64,000 nucleotides of DNA, from positions 18,526 to 82,525 of IMG/VR virus record IMGVR_UViG_3300043409_003130. The stretch is one strand, 5' to 3'. Both the position numbers and the translations under genes were made by a program. This DNA is from a virus. Lineage: Duplodnaviria > Caudoviricetes. Of the stretch, positions 38,761-48,443 are shown in pieces. How positions within the stretch are numbered: position 1 is the stretch's first letter; each line of letters begins with the position of its first letter. The notes beneath the pieces are model-generated. The model was not told where the DNA came from, ran no database searches, and saw only the letters and a list, made by a program, of their open reading frames with translations.

Positions 38761-39243
38761 ATGATTAATACATTTGAAAAGTTCGCTAATCGTGACTCTA
38801 AAAAAAAGAGAGACAGTGCAGGAATTGCAATAATTTACAATTCAAAAAATTCTAAACCTAAAATTTTATTGGTTCATGCAACCAATGGTAGCTGGGCCAA
38901 GCCAGTTATGGGAATTCCCAAGGGTAAAATAGAGGATGGCGAATCTCCAGAAGATGCTGCAGTTAGGGAAACATACGAGGAAATTGGCATACTGATTAAG
39001 CCTAATCAAGTAGAGCCACATACTGAAATAATTCAGGTATATTCTGGCAAAACGGTTATTAATAATATTCACTATTTAATTTGTAATATCGATAGCCTAT
39101 CTGAAATTGGCTTAACTGGTTTAACCGTGCCTAAATCACAATTACAAAGTGGCGAAATTGACTGGGCTGGGTTTATTGATATTGAGCTAGCCTATTCTAA
39201 AATAGCAGCAGCTCAGCGAATAATTTTAGATAGATTTTCCTGA
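38761..39243 (+). CDS. NUDIX hydrolase
   Basis: PKGKIEDGESPEDAAVRETYEEIG Nudix box. Confidence 0.92.
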   Translation: MINTFEKFANRDSKKKRDSAGIAIIYNSKNSKPKILLVHATNGSWAKPVMGIPKGKIEDGESPEDAAVRETYEEIGILIKPNQVEPHTEIIQVYSGKTVINNIHYLICNIDSLSEIGLTGLTVPKSQLQSGEIDWAGFIDIELAYSKIAAAQRIILDRFS

Positions 39244-39295
39244 AACTTGCCTATTTTTTTTAGTAAGATAATCTAAATATTAAACTAAATAATTT

Positions 39296-39820
39296 ATGAA
39301 ACAAACAAAAGACCTAATTACTGATTCACTAGTAATGGATGCGCCTGATACTGAAATAGTTGCAGGACCTGAGTCATCTACCGAAACTACCACTGAGCCT
39401 GAGGCTAAAGAAATGTCAGAAGTTGACAAATTAATTAATAAGCGTACTGGCTATTGGGCTGTTAATTTAGACTTGGCTGATTTAAAATGGATTAAAAATG
39501 GCTGCAATAACAAATTTCCATTTACTGGTCCAAATGAGGCTTTTATGTTAATGAATTGCTACTTAGGATTTGCCTCTGCAATTGGAACGCTAGAGGCAGC
39601 AACGAATAGCGGAATTGATAACTCTACTGCAAATTTATCAGCATCTGCAATTGAAGCCTGTGCCTTAATTTTAAATAGATATGATGGCTCTGGATTAGAT
39701 ACTGCTCAACGAGTATTTAGAATTGCAATTGCATTAAATAATGTAATTATGGAAATGAAATCATTAGATTCTCAAATTGCAAAATTACGAGAAGCTGAAA
39801 CCACTCCAGACTCTAATTAA
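39296..39820 (+). CDS. Hypothetical protein
   Basis: 174-aa ORF; AAAC-N17-TAAGAT upstream. Confidence 0.65.
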   Translation: MKQTKDLITDSLVMDAPDTEIVAGPESSTETTTEPEAKEMSEVDKLINKRTGYWAVNLDLADLKWIKNGCNNKFPFTGPNEAFMLMNCYLGFASAIGTLEAATNSGIDNSTANLSASAIEACALILNRYDGSGLDTAQRVFRIAIALNNVIMEMKSLDSQIAKLREAETTPDSN

Positions 39821-40023
39821 TGGGATATCATAAGCGATTATTAGATATTGATCTAATTAAATTAGCAGCAGCTTCATCTAGCCATGAATTATTTGAAAAA
39901 TACATGACTGCTGCAGATGCCTATTCATTTATGGATACTGAGTCCTCTATTCTTTGGGATAAATATTCAAATGGAAATGCTAAAAATAGACTAAAACTCT
40001 ATAATACAATTAAACTAATGTAA
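39820..40023 (+). CDS. Small hypothetical protein
   Basis: TAATG coupling to the upstream gene. Confidence 0.55.
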   Translation: MGYHKRLLDIDLIKLAAASSSHELFEKYMTAADAYSFMDTESSILWDKYSNGNAKNRLKLYNTIKLM

Positions 40024-40042
40024 AATCGTTTTATTTCAAATT

Positions 40043-40068
40043 AAAAAGCCGCATTAGCGGCTTTTTTT
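40043..40068. terminator. Bidirectional intrinsic terminator
   Basis: AAAAAGCCGC-ATTA-GCGGCTTTTTTT between convergent genes. Confidence 0.85.
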
Positions 40069-41181
40069 GGTAAGATCCTTTAATAGTCGTTTGGCATAGT
40101 CAACTGGCCTTTGAATTGCAGTTTTTCTAATATCAGGTAATATTTTAAATAAATTTCTTCCTGGAATTGAATTTACCTCTAACATGTAGATTTCGCCACT
40201 TTGATCTATTAAAAAATCCAATCCAACTTCGCCAATCGGACCAGACTTTTTATCTAAAATATCAAATATTACCTGTGATGAATCTCTAATTGACTGGGCA
40301 ATCGGGCCGTCTATGTCTTGGTTAAATATTGATTTTAAAATATTACTTAGGGTTTCTTTACTGCCGCCTTGATGTAAATTTGCTGTAATTTTACTGGGCT
40401 TAGCCAATCTAACTGCCATACCTGTTCGTATAGGTTTTTTAGCCTTATCTCGTTGATATATTACCCTAACGTCAAATACTCCTCCGTTATATTGAGGTAG
40501 AGCAATACACTCCTGAATAATATAGGTTCGGCCATTAGACCTCATGCTTTTACGAACTTCATCAATACGGTCTACTAAATTTAAGTCAGTTGCCGTGGTT
40601 GACTTATCTAAATATTTAATTAAATAGCCTGACTCTTTTTTAGCTACCTTAATTATACCTTTACCGCCGGATCCAAATCTAGGTTTAATAATTGCTTCTG
40701 GGTAATTACTCATAAACCTAATAAGATTAGATTTACTGTATTTTTGGGTATGCGGAATCTTTAATTTGCCAAGGTCTTCATTTATTAAGGTTTTGTGTGT
40801 TAAATATTTATCAAGTGAAACTTTTCTAAAATCTGGACTGTTTAGCGGAGTACACCCAAGATTTAATAAAAATCGGGTATTTGAAGTTTTACCGGTATTG
40901 GTTTTATTTTTAAAGCTTCTATCATAAAATACCGCAGGTAGTCCTCTAACTGATGAGGTCCAATCATCATTAACTAGGGTCCAGGCAGTACAGCCAGTTG
41001 AGGTAAAGTCAGTAAATACAAATGCATCAATCTCTGAGTCATTTGCATATTGAATTAATTCTTTAAAATAGCCGGTTTGTTCACCAAATTGAGAGTCCTC
41101 ACCGGTGTCACCAAGTATCCCAAATGCCTGATCCTGTGCAGTTGAATCTAAATATTCTGCAAATTCAAAAAGATACTTCAT
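40054..41181 (-). CDS. YheC/YheD-type ATP-grasp ligase with capsid-targeting-like tag
   Basis: IIKPRFGSGGKGI, YIIQECI, FDVRVIYQ, TANLHQGG, EVGLDFLIDQSGEIYMLEVNSIPG. Confidence 0.85.
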   Translation of the reverse strand: MKYLFEFAEYLDSTAQDQAFGILGDTGEDSQFGEQTGYFKELIQYANDSEIDAFVFTDFTSTGCTAWTLVNDDWTSSVRGLPAVFYDRSFKNKTNTGKTSNTRFLLNLGCTPLNSPDFRKVSLDKYLTHKTLINEDLGKLKIPHTQKYSKSNLIRFMSNYPEAIIKPRFGSGGKGIIKVAKKESGYLIKYLDKSTTATDLNLVDRIDEVRKSMRSNGRTYIIQECIALPQYNGGVFDVRVIYQRDKAKKPIRTGMAVRLAKPSKITANLHQGGSKETLSNILKSIFNQDIDGPIAQSIRDSSQVIFDILDKKSGPIGEVGLDFLIDQSGEIYMLEVNSIPGRNLFKILPDIRKTAIQRPVDYAKRLLKDLTKKSR

Positions 41182-41271
41182 ATTAATTTATTTATCTCTA
41201 CTGTGTTCTATATAAATAACTATGTATAACTAAGATATTATTTAGTTAATTATAAAAAAGTAAATAAATTT

Positions 41272-42303
41272 ATGATATTTAAATCATTTAATCAGTTTAT
41301 AACCGAATCAAATTCAGCAAGTTTAGTACCGGTTAATGAAGGTATTTTTCAACAGGACGTAGTTTTTAAACTTAAAAAAAGAACAGCAGACGAAGACGGC
41401 GGTGAACGTGCTAAGCTTTCAATGATTGCAAAAGTTAATCCACCAAACGGTACTCCTGAACCTGCAGCAATAGAGTTAGTTAGACAAATGGCTCAAGATA
41501 AATTAGCAAATGATGCACTATTTAAAGTATCAACGGAAGGTAATATTGTATTTATTACAATAGATAAAAATAGACAAAGATTTGTGATTAATGACCAGGC
41601 AATATTAATTGCCGTACTATCATTTAGAAATTCTGATAATTTTGATATGTCAAAGGCCGATAGTTTAAACTTAAAACCGTTTATGATAGCCGGTGATATA
41701 CAAATTTGGGAAGACAAAGATATGGCTGCCTTATCTAAATTAAATGTAACTAACCCCATTAAACAAGGGAAAAATCAAGAGATTATTGATGATGAGCATA
41801 AAGAGAATAAAGAGAATAAGCAGACTGATCAAACTCCAATTAAGTTACCTACTGCTGATTCTGATGTATTGGCATTTTTAAAAGAAAAGCTGTTAGGCGA
41901 TGCTGGAAAAGTAGTTGAATCAGTTAATGGCACAGTTGCACTTGCTAAATCTGGAATAAAGAGTAGAGAAGTAAAATTTGCCCAGTTAATATTATTAGCT
42001 CCTGAATTTAGTAAAGAATTACCTAATATAAAACTTGCAAGTACGCTAGGTTCAGCAGACGGATCCTACGGACCAAAAACAGCAGCGGCATATGGTCTTC
42101 TACTTGATGGTAAGTCAGATACTTCACGTAATTCGCTTGAAGTAGCCGACATTGAAAAACTTGCTCAATACTGTACCTTAGTTAAATTAACCAAACCTAG
42201 ATTACAACAAATATGGGATGCATCTGAGTTAAAAACTGGAGGTGAAGATAAATCCGATACCAGCGGTAAGGACGGGTCATTTACCTTTGTTAATAAACCT
42301 TAA
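41272..42303 (+). CDS. Tagged hypothetical protein with peptidoglycan-binding-like motif
   Basis: MIFKSFNQFITE|S; EVKFAQLIL...ADGSYGPKTAAAY; TATAAATA at 41211. Confidence 0.6.
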   Translation: MIFKSFNQFITESNSASLVPVNEGIFQQDVVFKLKKRTADEDGGERAKLSMIAKVNPPNGTPEPAAIELVRQMAQDKLANDALFKVSTEGNIVFITIDKNRQRFVINDQAILIAVLSFRNSDNFDMSKADSLNLKPFMIAGDIQIWEDKDMAALSKLNVTNPIKQGKNQEIIDDEHKENKENKQTDQTPIKLPTADSDVLAFLKEKLLGDAGKVVESVNGTVALAKSGIKSREVKFAQLILLAPEFSKELPNIKLASTLGSADGSYGPKTAAAYGLLLDGKSDTSRNSLEVADIEKLAQYCTLVKLTKPRLQQIWDASELKTGGEDKSDTSGKDGSFTFVNKP

Positions 42304-42324
42304 ATATTTAAAAAAATTCCAAAT

Positions 42325-43980
42325 ATGAAACATATAAATTTAACAAACTATGCAATTCTTACTGAGAATAAAAGTAGTGGATACTATTCAGTAACTGAAG
42401 CTGATATTGTTGCACCAAAGATTGCGGCAAAACCACTCTCAATTGATGCTGGAGACTCTGAAGAAATTAAGGCAATAAAGGGTGTAATTATTAACAAGAC
42501 TCCAGTTGAGGCATTTAATGCATTAACCGCAGGAGCTACTGCTTTAGCTGCTTCTACTTCTGTAAAATCAGTAGTTGATATTACAATTGATACTAAAACC
42601 TATAAGGTTGACTTAAATAAAATAGCTGATACAAAACCTTCTCAAATTTGGATTGACTATGACAGTGCAAGTCTAAAATTAATTGAAGGCTTAAATTTAG
42701 AATATATTACAAATTATATAAGGGAACAAACCGAGGGTATTGGAACAGCTGAGGAAGAACTTGCCTCAATGGCTGGTGCAATATACGCATATTGTAGAGA
42801 AAACGGTGGCAATACTAAAGCCGTAATGGCAGCAGTTGCAGACTACTATACTAAAAATAAAGGTCAAGAATTTTATTCAATGTTAGATGATGACTTTGAT
42901 GGTTCTCCTAAAGTATTAGTTGATGCCTTATTTGGAAAAACTGTTACTCAAGATCAAATTAATACTGCATTAATGGTGGATGCAGGTCAAAGTTTATTAG
43001 TTGATTTAACAATTATGTTAGGAACTTGGGGATTAACGGCCCTTAGTGCTGGCGCCGCTGCTCCAGCTGCGGCTGTTCAAACTGCTAGGGTTGGATCTAC
43101 CTTAAAAAATATATTTACTTTTGGAAAATCCGCAAGGACAGCCAAAGCTTTAGAAACTGGAATTGTTGCAGCTGAAACTGCATTAACTGGAGCTAAGCTA
43201 CTAACTGGTGCTAATAAACTAAGACAACTAGGCTCTGCAATTAGTCTAAGTGCCGAAGAGGTTAAATTAATACAGGGTGTTAAAAATGCATCTCAGATTA
43301 ATAGGTTCCTAACTGCAACCAAAGGCGGTTCCATGAGTTTGAATGGACAAAAAATGGCAGCTGAACTTGCAGCAGATTCTCCTGGTTTTTTTAAATCAAT
43401 TAAGGAGCTATTTAAAATTTCTCCAGGTGTAGTAACCAAATTAGTTGCAGCAGTTGGTGGTCCTAAAACTGCTACATTAATCGCAACTGCGCCTGGAGCA
43501 ATAGATACTATTCTTGATACCACTGCCTGGGTAACCAGTAATCCAGAAGATGAAAATGAAACTGGTTCAAGTACTGATATTAGCGAAGATGGTATTAATA
43601 AACTTGTAAATGCACTATATAATGAGGCTAAGAGCGGAACTTTTGGATATACAGATGGAGGCGCTGAACTTAAAATTGCATTTTTAATGTTGAGTTTAAC
43701 TCCACAAACATATGAGTTAGTAGATAAAGCCTGGACAATTTCATATGGCGATAAATACGGAAATTTATATGATTCATGTGTTGCTGGAGAATTAGATTTT
43801 GATCTATTTGATTTAGTTAATGGCTATTTAGGTAGTTTTGGAAAAGGCGAACTTGCCGGACAGGTTGCAAAACTTAAAGCTAATATAGCTAAGCCAGCTA
43901 GCGCTGAACCAGTAAAACCAATAAAGGAGTCAATTACACAAGCTAGGCTAAAAACGTTTAATGATTTTTACAAAAAATAG
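42325..43980 (+). CDS. Protein with two annexin-like repeats flanking a hydrophobic Ala/Gly-rich region
   Basis: EGIGTAEEEL...VADYYTKNKGQEFYSMLDDDFDG and LYNEAK..FGYTD...VDKAW...YGNLYD...GELD. Confidence 0.55.
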   Translation: MKHINLTNYAILTENKSSGYYSVTEADIVAPKIAAKPLSIDAGDSEEIKAIKGVIINKTPVEAFNALTAGATALAASTSVKSVVDITIDTKTYKVDLNKIADTKPSQIWIDYDSASLKLIEGLNLEYITNYIREQTEGIGTAEEELASMAGAIYAYCRENGGNTKAVMAAVADYYTKNKGQEFYSMLDDDFDGSPKVLVDALFGKTVTQDQINTALMVDAGQSLLVDLTIMLGTWGLTALSAGAAAPAAAVQTARVGSTLKNIFTFGKSARTAKALETGIVAAETALTGAKLLTGANKLRQLGSAISLSAEEVKLIQGVKNASQINRFLTATKGGSMSLNGQKMAAELAADSPGFFKSIKELFKISPGVVTKLVAAVGGPKTATLIATAPGAIDTILDTTAWVTSNPEDENETGSSTDISEDGINKLVNALYNEAKSGTFGYTDGGAELKIAFLMLSLTPQTYELVDKAWTISYGDKYGNLYDSCVAGELDFDLFDLVNGYLGSFGKGELAGQVAKLKANIAKPASAEPVKPIKESITQARLKTFNDFYKK

Positions 43981-44000
43981 TTTTACTTAAATAAATTTTT

Positions 44001-44029
44001 AAAAAAGCTGAAGAAATTCGGCTTTTTTT
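44001..44029 (+). terminator. Intrinsic terminator
   Basis: AAAAAAGCTGAA-GAAA-TTCGGCTTTTTTT. Confidence 0.75.
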
Positions 44030-44052
44030 GTTTTATTTAGTATAATAGTTTT

Positions 44053-45348
44053 ATGCAAAATGATTTTATACAGTTACAAAACTTTATTGAAGAGATGAAA
44101 TCTAACTCTTCAGTCCTTATAAAGAAAGAGATTCTATTAAAATATGATTCTCCATTCTTAAGAAAAATATTTGAATATACCTATTCTCCATTTAAACAGT
44201 ACCATGTAACCTCTGCTAATCTTAAAAAGCGATCAGATCTAACCCTAGTATATAACTATAATGACTTATTTCAGTTACTTGATGATCTAAACGATAAGCA
44301 TGTGACTGGCCACACTGCAATTCAGTGTGTTAATGGTTTTATTGCAACATATCCGGAGTTCTCAAATGTCATCTATGATATTGTTGATCGTAATATAAAA
44401 ACCCGAGCAACGGCCACCCTAATTAATTCAGTTTTACCTGGAACAGTTCCAACTTTTAATGTAGCCTTGGCTGAAAAATTTGAATCTGCTGAAAAAAAGA
44501 TAGACTTTGAGACTCAAACCTGGTGGGCAAGCCGTAAACTTGATGGAGTCAGGTGTATTGCAGTTATCGATAAGGCTGGAGAAATAAAGTTTTTTTCCAG
44601 ACAAGGTAAAGAGTTTTTAACCTTGGCTAATCTAGCTACTGATCTTAAAAAATTAGGCTTAAGGTCAACTGTGCTGGACGGAGAAGTTTGCCTAATGCAA
44701 GAGTCTGGTCTTGAAGATTTTCAGGGTGTAATAAAAGAAATTGGTAAAAAAGATCACGTAATTAAGTCTCCAAAATATCATATATTTGACCTATTAACGC
44801 TTGATGAATTTGAAAAAGGTATTGGCGAAATATCATTAACTGCCAGGCTGGTAATAATAAGTAAACTATTTGAAGAGGTAGAACTTGAATTTGCCGAGCC
44901 ACTGTATCAGTTTAAAGTAGAGAGTCGTGATCATTTTGAAGTATTAGTAGCTGATGCATCAGCAATGGGCTATGAAGGTATAATGATTAGACATGATGTT
45001 GGGTATGAAGGCCGTCGCTCAAAAAATCTGTTAAAAGTTAAAAAGATGCATGATGCTGAGTATACAGTAACTGGACTAGATTCAGGTATAAATCGTATTA
45101 TTGATGCAGGTAAAGAGGTTGAAGAGGTTATGTTAAAGGCTGTAATCGTAGAGCATAAGGGCAATACGGTAAGAGTTGGTTCAGGTTTTAATCTTGAACA
45201 GCGCAGGTATTATCATCAAAACCCAAATGAAATTTTAGGTAAAATAATAACAGTACAATTTTTTGAAGAAAGTCAAGATATGAAAGGTAATTTTTCTCTC
45301 AGATTCCCAGTATTCAAAGGTATATACGGAAAAGCTAGAGAATTTTAA
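44053..45348 (+). CDS. ATP-dependent DNA ligase
   Basis: KLDGVR, VLDGEV, YEGIMIR, LLKVK, VGSGF, SLRFP. Confidence 0.95.
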   Translation: MQNDFIQLQNFIEEMKSNSSVLIKKEILLKYDSPFLRKIFEYTYSPFKQYHVTSANLKKRSDLTLVYNYNDLFQLLDDLNDKHVTGHTAIQCVNGFIATYPEFSNVIYDIVDRNIKTRATATLINSVLPGTVPTFNVALAEKFESAEKKIDFETQTWWASRKLDGVRCIAVIDKAGEIKFFSRQGKEFLTLANLATDLKKLGLRSTVLDGEVCLMQESGLEDFQGVIKEIGKKDHVIKSPKYHIFDLLTLDEFEKGIGEISLTARLVIISKLFEEVELEFAEPLYQFKVESRDHFEVLVADASAMGYEGIMIRHDVGYEGRRSKNLLKVKKMHDAEYTVTGLDSGINRIIDAGKEVEEVMLKAVIVEHKGNTVRVGSGFNLEQRRYYHQNPNEILGKIITVQFFEESQDMKGNFSLRFPVFKGIYGKAREF

Positions 45349-45351
45349 AAT

Positions 45352-45834
45352 ATGAAACACAAACGAATAATATTAGTAGGCAAGGCTGCAAGCGGCAAAG
45401 ACTATATTCGTAAAACATTTGAGGCTCAAGGTTTTAAATATGCAGTAAGCTATACAACTAGACCTCCAAGACCAGATGAAATAGGCGGTCAAGATTATTT
45501 TTTTATTAAACAGCCTGATGCACAGGACATGATTGATAAATGCGAATTTTATGAATGGGTTGCATTTAACGGATGGATTTATGGAACAACTAAAAAGCAG
45601 TTTTATAATGATGATATTTTTATTATGACACCATCTGGTTTAAATCAATTATCTGAAGATGATAGAAAAACATCAACCGTAATTTATTTAGATATTGATG
45701 AAGAGGTAAGAAAACAGAGATTACTGGAGAGAAAAATGCCAGGCGATTCAGTTGAGCGTAGACTTGAGGCTGATCGCGAAGATTTTAAAAACTTTAAAAA
45801 CTATAATATAAAAATAACAAATCAAAACTTTTAA
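45352..45834 (+). CDS. gmk: Guanylate kinase-like nucleotide kinase
   Basis: GKAASGKD, SYTTRPPRPDE..GQDYFF, YGT. Confidence 0.85.
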   Translation: MKHKRIILVGKAASGKDYIRKTFEAQGFKYAVSYTTRPPRPDEIGGQDYFFIKQPDAQDMIDKCEFYEWVAFNGWIYGTTKKQFYNDDIFIMTPSGLNQLSEDDRKTSTVIYLDIDEEVRKQRLLERKMPGDSVERRLEADREDFKNFKNYNIKITNQNF

Positions 45835-45835
45835 C

Positions 45836-46237
45836 ATGAGCAATTTTGAATTAACAGGGGTAATCATTGAGGCATTTCCAGCCCAAACATTTAACAAAGG
45901 ATTTCGTAAACGCGAATTTGTCGTTGAGACAGGGGATAAGTACCCGCAAAAAATACTATTTCAATTAGTACAAGAAAAATGCGATATGCTGGAGTCATTT
46001 GGTATCGGCGATACTGTTACTGTATCATTTAATCCAAAGGGCCGCGACTGGACTGATAAAACGGGTCAAGTAAAATATTTTACAACTCTTGAAGCTTGGA
46101 GAATTAGTGGTCAAAAAAGAGCAGAAATTGGAAACTCTTCTGATGATACCGACTTTGATGATATTCATACATCAGCACCTATTGCTAAATCAACAACACT
46201 ACTTGATGAGTTAACTGATGATGATTTACCTTTTTAG
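45836..46237 (+). CDS. DUF3127-type SSB-like protein
   Basis: FRKREFVVET.DKYPQ...GRDW...YFTTLEAWRI; acidic tail DDDLPF. Confidence 0.85.
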   Translation: MSNFELTGVIIEAFPAQTFNKGFRKREFVVETGDKYPQKILFQLVQEKCDMLESFGIGDTVTVSFNPKGRDWTDKTGQVKYFTTLEAWRISGQKRAEIGNSSDDTDFDDIHTSAPIAKSTTLLDELTDDDLPF

Positions 46238-46246
46238 AATATAATC

Positions 46247-46879
46247 ATGAGGTTTGTAAGTATTGATATTGAGACAACTGGATTAGATCCAGAGTATTGT
46301 CAAATTCTTCAAATTGGTGCAGTTATTGAAGATACCGTAAATGTGGTACCGTTTGATCAACTGCCTAAATTTAAGTGTATTGTTGAGCACGCTAAATATA
46401 CTGGGCAAGCATTTGCGCTAGATATGAATCAACCTATTTTATCAATTCTAGCAAAATTACAAACTTCAAATAAAGAGGATCGACTTGCAATTAGAAGTGA
46501 GTATAATATTTTACCTGAATCACTGGTTGCCCAGTCTTTTTCAATGTGGCTAAACTCAAATGGGTTAGGTCCAGTCAATGAGACCACCAGTCAAATTAGC
46601 ATAACCGTTGCTGGCAAAAACTTTGCAACATTTGATAAATTATTTTTAGAAAAATTATCAGGTTGGTCAAATAAAATTCAAATCAGGCAGCGAATTATAG
46701 ATCCATCAATCTTATTAATGGATTGGCAGGTTGATAAAAGCTTACCTAATTTACAGACCTGTATGGATCGATGTAAATTAACACGCAAAGTAGCCCATGA
46801 GGCTCTGCAAGATGCACTCGATGTGGTTAGAGTTATCAGAACTGCAACCAATGATTACCGATCAACTGGTCAAATTTAA
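46247..46879 (+). CDS. DEDDh 3'-5' exonuclease
   Basis: SIDIETTGL, AGKNFATFDKLFL, HEALQDA. Confidence 0.9.
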   Translation: MRFVSIDIETTGLDPEYCQILQIGAVIEDTVNVVPFDQLPKFKCIVEHAKYTGQAFALDMNQPILSILAKLQTSNKEDRLAIRSEYNILPESLVAQSFSMWLNSNGLGPVNETTSQISITVAGKNFATFDKLFLEKLSGWSNKIQIRQRIIDPSILLMDWQVDKSLPNLQTCMDRCKLTRKVAHEALQDALDVVRVIRTATNDYRSTGQI

Positions 46880-46903
46880 TATATTTTGTAGTATAATAAT
46901 ATT

Positions 46904-47878
46904 ATGAAAGATAATAATGTACGTTTGGGCTATTGTTGTATTAATTTATCATTAGCCAGTAGAAAAATTACAGCAAATCGTGGAATGATTAAGCGGACCT
47001 TTCAGGCAAAAGGTCAAGACTACTGTAGTTTATTAGCACACCAAAATATAAAAGATGTTCTTACTATTCTACGCTGGAATCTAACGCATGAAATCTATGT
47101 ATACCGAATATCAAGCGATATTTTTCCATGGATGTCAGAATATGAAATTCAAAAGCTTCCTAATTTTTCTGAAATTTTAAAGGATTTACAAAAGATTGGC
47201 GAGTTTGTAACCGCAAATGGTATACGCATATCAATGCACCCTGGCCAGTTTGATGTATTACCGTCTCCAAACGAGGCAGTCGTTAGAAAAACGCTAAAGG
47301 ATCTGGATCAGCACTGTGAAATTATGGATCTGATGGGCTTGCCATTAACACATGAGTTTCCAATTAATATCCATGTTGGCGGCACGTATGGTGATAAAGA
47401 GGCAGCAGCTGAGCGATTCTGTACTAACTTTGAAAAATTATCCGCAAATACAAAAAAGCGGCTTGTTGTTGAAAATGATGATAAAGAAACTCAATATTCA
47501 GTAGTTGACTTATATAATTTAATTTATAAAAAAATATCAACACCAATTACCTTTGACTTTCATCATCACCGATTCAATACCAGCGGGCTTACTGAAGAAG
47601 AGGCTTTAATTCTAGCCTCAACCACTTGGGGTAATGCTACTCAATTAACTCATTATTCAAGTTGCAAAAAAACATACGAAGATGCATCAGTAATTGCGCG
47701 GTCTCATGCGGACTATATTTATGAACAAATAAATACCTATAACCGTAAGTTTGATATCGAGCTTGAGTGTAAAATGAAAGACCTTGCCCTAATTAAATAT
47801 CGAATGTACTTTGCAAATCTACGTGAAACCTATTTACCGTTTGATGATAAAAGTATATTAGAAAAAAATCAATCCTAA
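46904..47878 (+). CDS. uvsE: UV damage endonuclease (UvdE/UvsE)
   Basis: RLGYCCIN, YRISSDIFP, SMHPGQF, NIHVGG, VENDDK, FDFHHH, HYS, HAD, ECKMKD. Confidence 0.93.
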   Translation: MKDNNVRLGYCCINLSLASRKITANRGMIKRTFQAKGQDYCSLLAHQNIKDVLTILRWNLTHEIYVYRISSDIFPWMSEYEIQKLPNFSEILKDLQKIGEFVTANGIRISMHPGQFDVLPSPNEAVVRKTLKDLDQHCEIMDLMGLPLTHEFPINIHVGGTYGDKEAAAERFCTNFEKLSANTKKRLVVENDDKETQYSVVDLYNLIYKKISTPITFDFHHHRFNTSGLTEEEALILASTTWGNATQLTHYSSCKKTYEDASVIARSHADYIYEQINTYNRKFDIELECKMKDLALIKYRMYFANLRETYLPFDDKSILEKNQS

Positions 47879-48151
47879 ATGGATACAACTAACACAACAA
47901 CTGAAGACTGCGGCTGCGGTGGCTCTTCAACCATAAAGACTCCACAGCCAACAATTCTTTCTAAAATAATAAATAAGGTATTTGTTTCAGAATCTACTAA
48001 AAATCATAGGCTTTCTATTTGTAAAACGTGTGATCACTTTGACTCAACCTTTACCCGATGTAGACTGTGTGGCTGTTTTTTAGAAGCAAAAACTCGGCTT
48101 CAAGGCTTTCACTGTGCACTTGATCAAATCGGAGAAACTCCATTATGGTAA
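47879..48151 (+). CDS. Small Cys-rich metal-binding protein (DUF6171-like)
   Basis: RLSICKTCDHF....CRLCGCFLEAKTRL....C. Confidence 0.7.
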   Translation: MDTTNTTTEDCGCGGSSTIKTPQPTILSKIINKVFVSESTKNHRLSICKTCDHFDSTFTRCRLCGCFLEAKTRLQGFHCALDQIGETPLW

Positions 48152-48164
48152 TCTTTAAAAACTT

Positions 48165-48190
48165 AAAAAGGGACGTACGTCCCTTTTTTT
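48165..48190. terminator. Bidirectional intrinsic terminator
   Basis: AAAAAGGGAC-GTAC-GTCCCTTTTTTT between convergent genes. Confidence 0.85.
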
Positions 48191-48192
48191 AA

Positions 48193-48390
48193 TTACTCAA
48201 TTAGTCCCAATATTTTAGACTCCTGAACTGCCTCTAATTGGCAAGGCGAAATTCCTTGACCAAATCGATCCATTAATTTTTGTTCAGCTTCCCCAACTGA
48301 TGAGGCCTGTACTAAATATTGTTCTCTAATTTTTTTGGTTTTGCCATTGTCATCTTCTGACTCAAAGCGTAGTTTTGCTAAATAATACAT
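48193..48390 (-). CDS. DUF4494-like small protein
   Basis: YLAKLRFE...NGKTKKIREQYLVQASSVGEAE. Confidence 0.7.
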   Translation of the reverse strand: MYYLAKLRFESEDDNGKTKKIREQYLVQASSVGEAEQKLMDRFGQGISPCQLEAVQESKILGLIE

Positions 48391-48443
48391 ATTTTAAGTT
48401 TTGATTTGATATGTTTTACTTGAAACGGCTAACCAGTTTTAAA

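Noticed and set aside
44053-44100. Capsid-targeting-like tag on the DNA ligase (MQNDFIQLQNFIEE)
   Set aside because: Spacing differs from F-x-x-F, and the gene has a TAGTATAAT rather than NATAAATA promoter; not counted, but it shows the motif can be approximated by chance.
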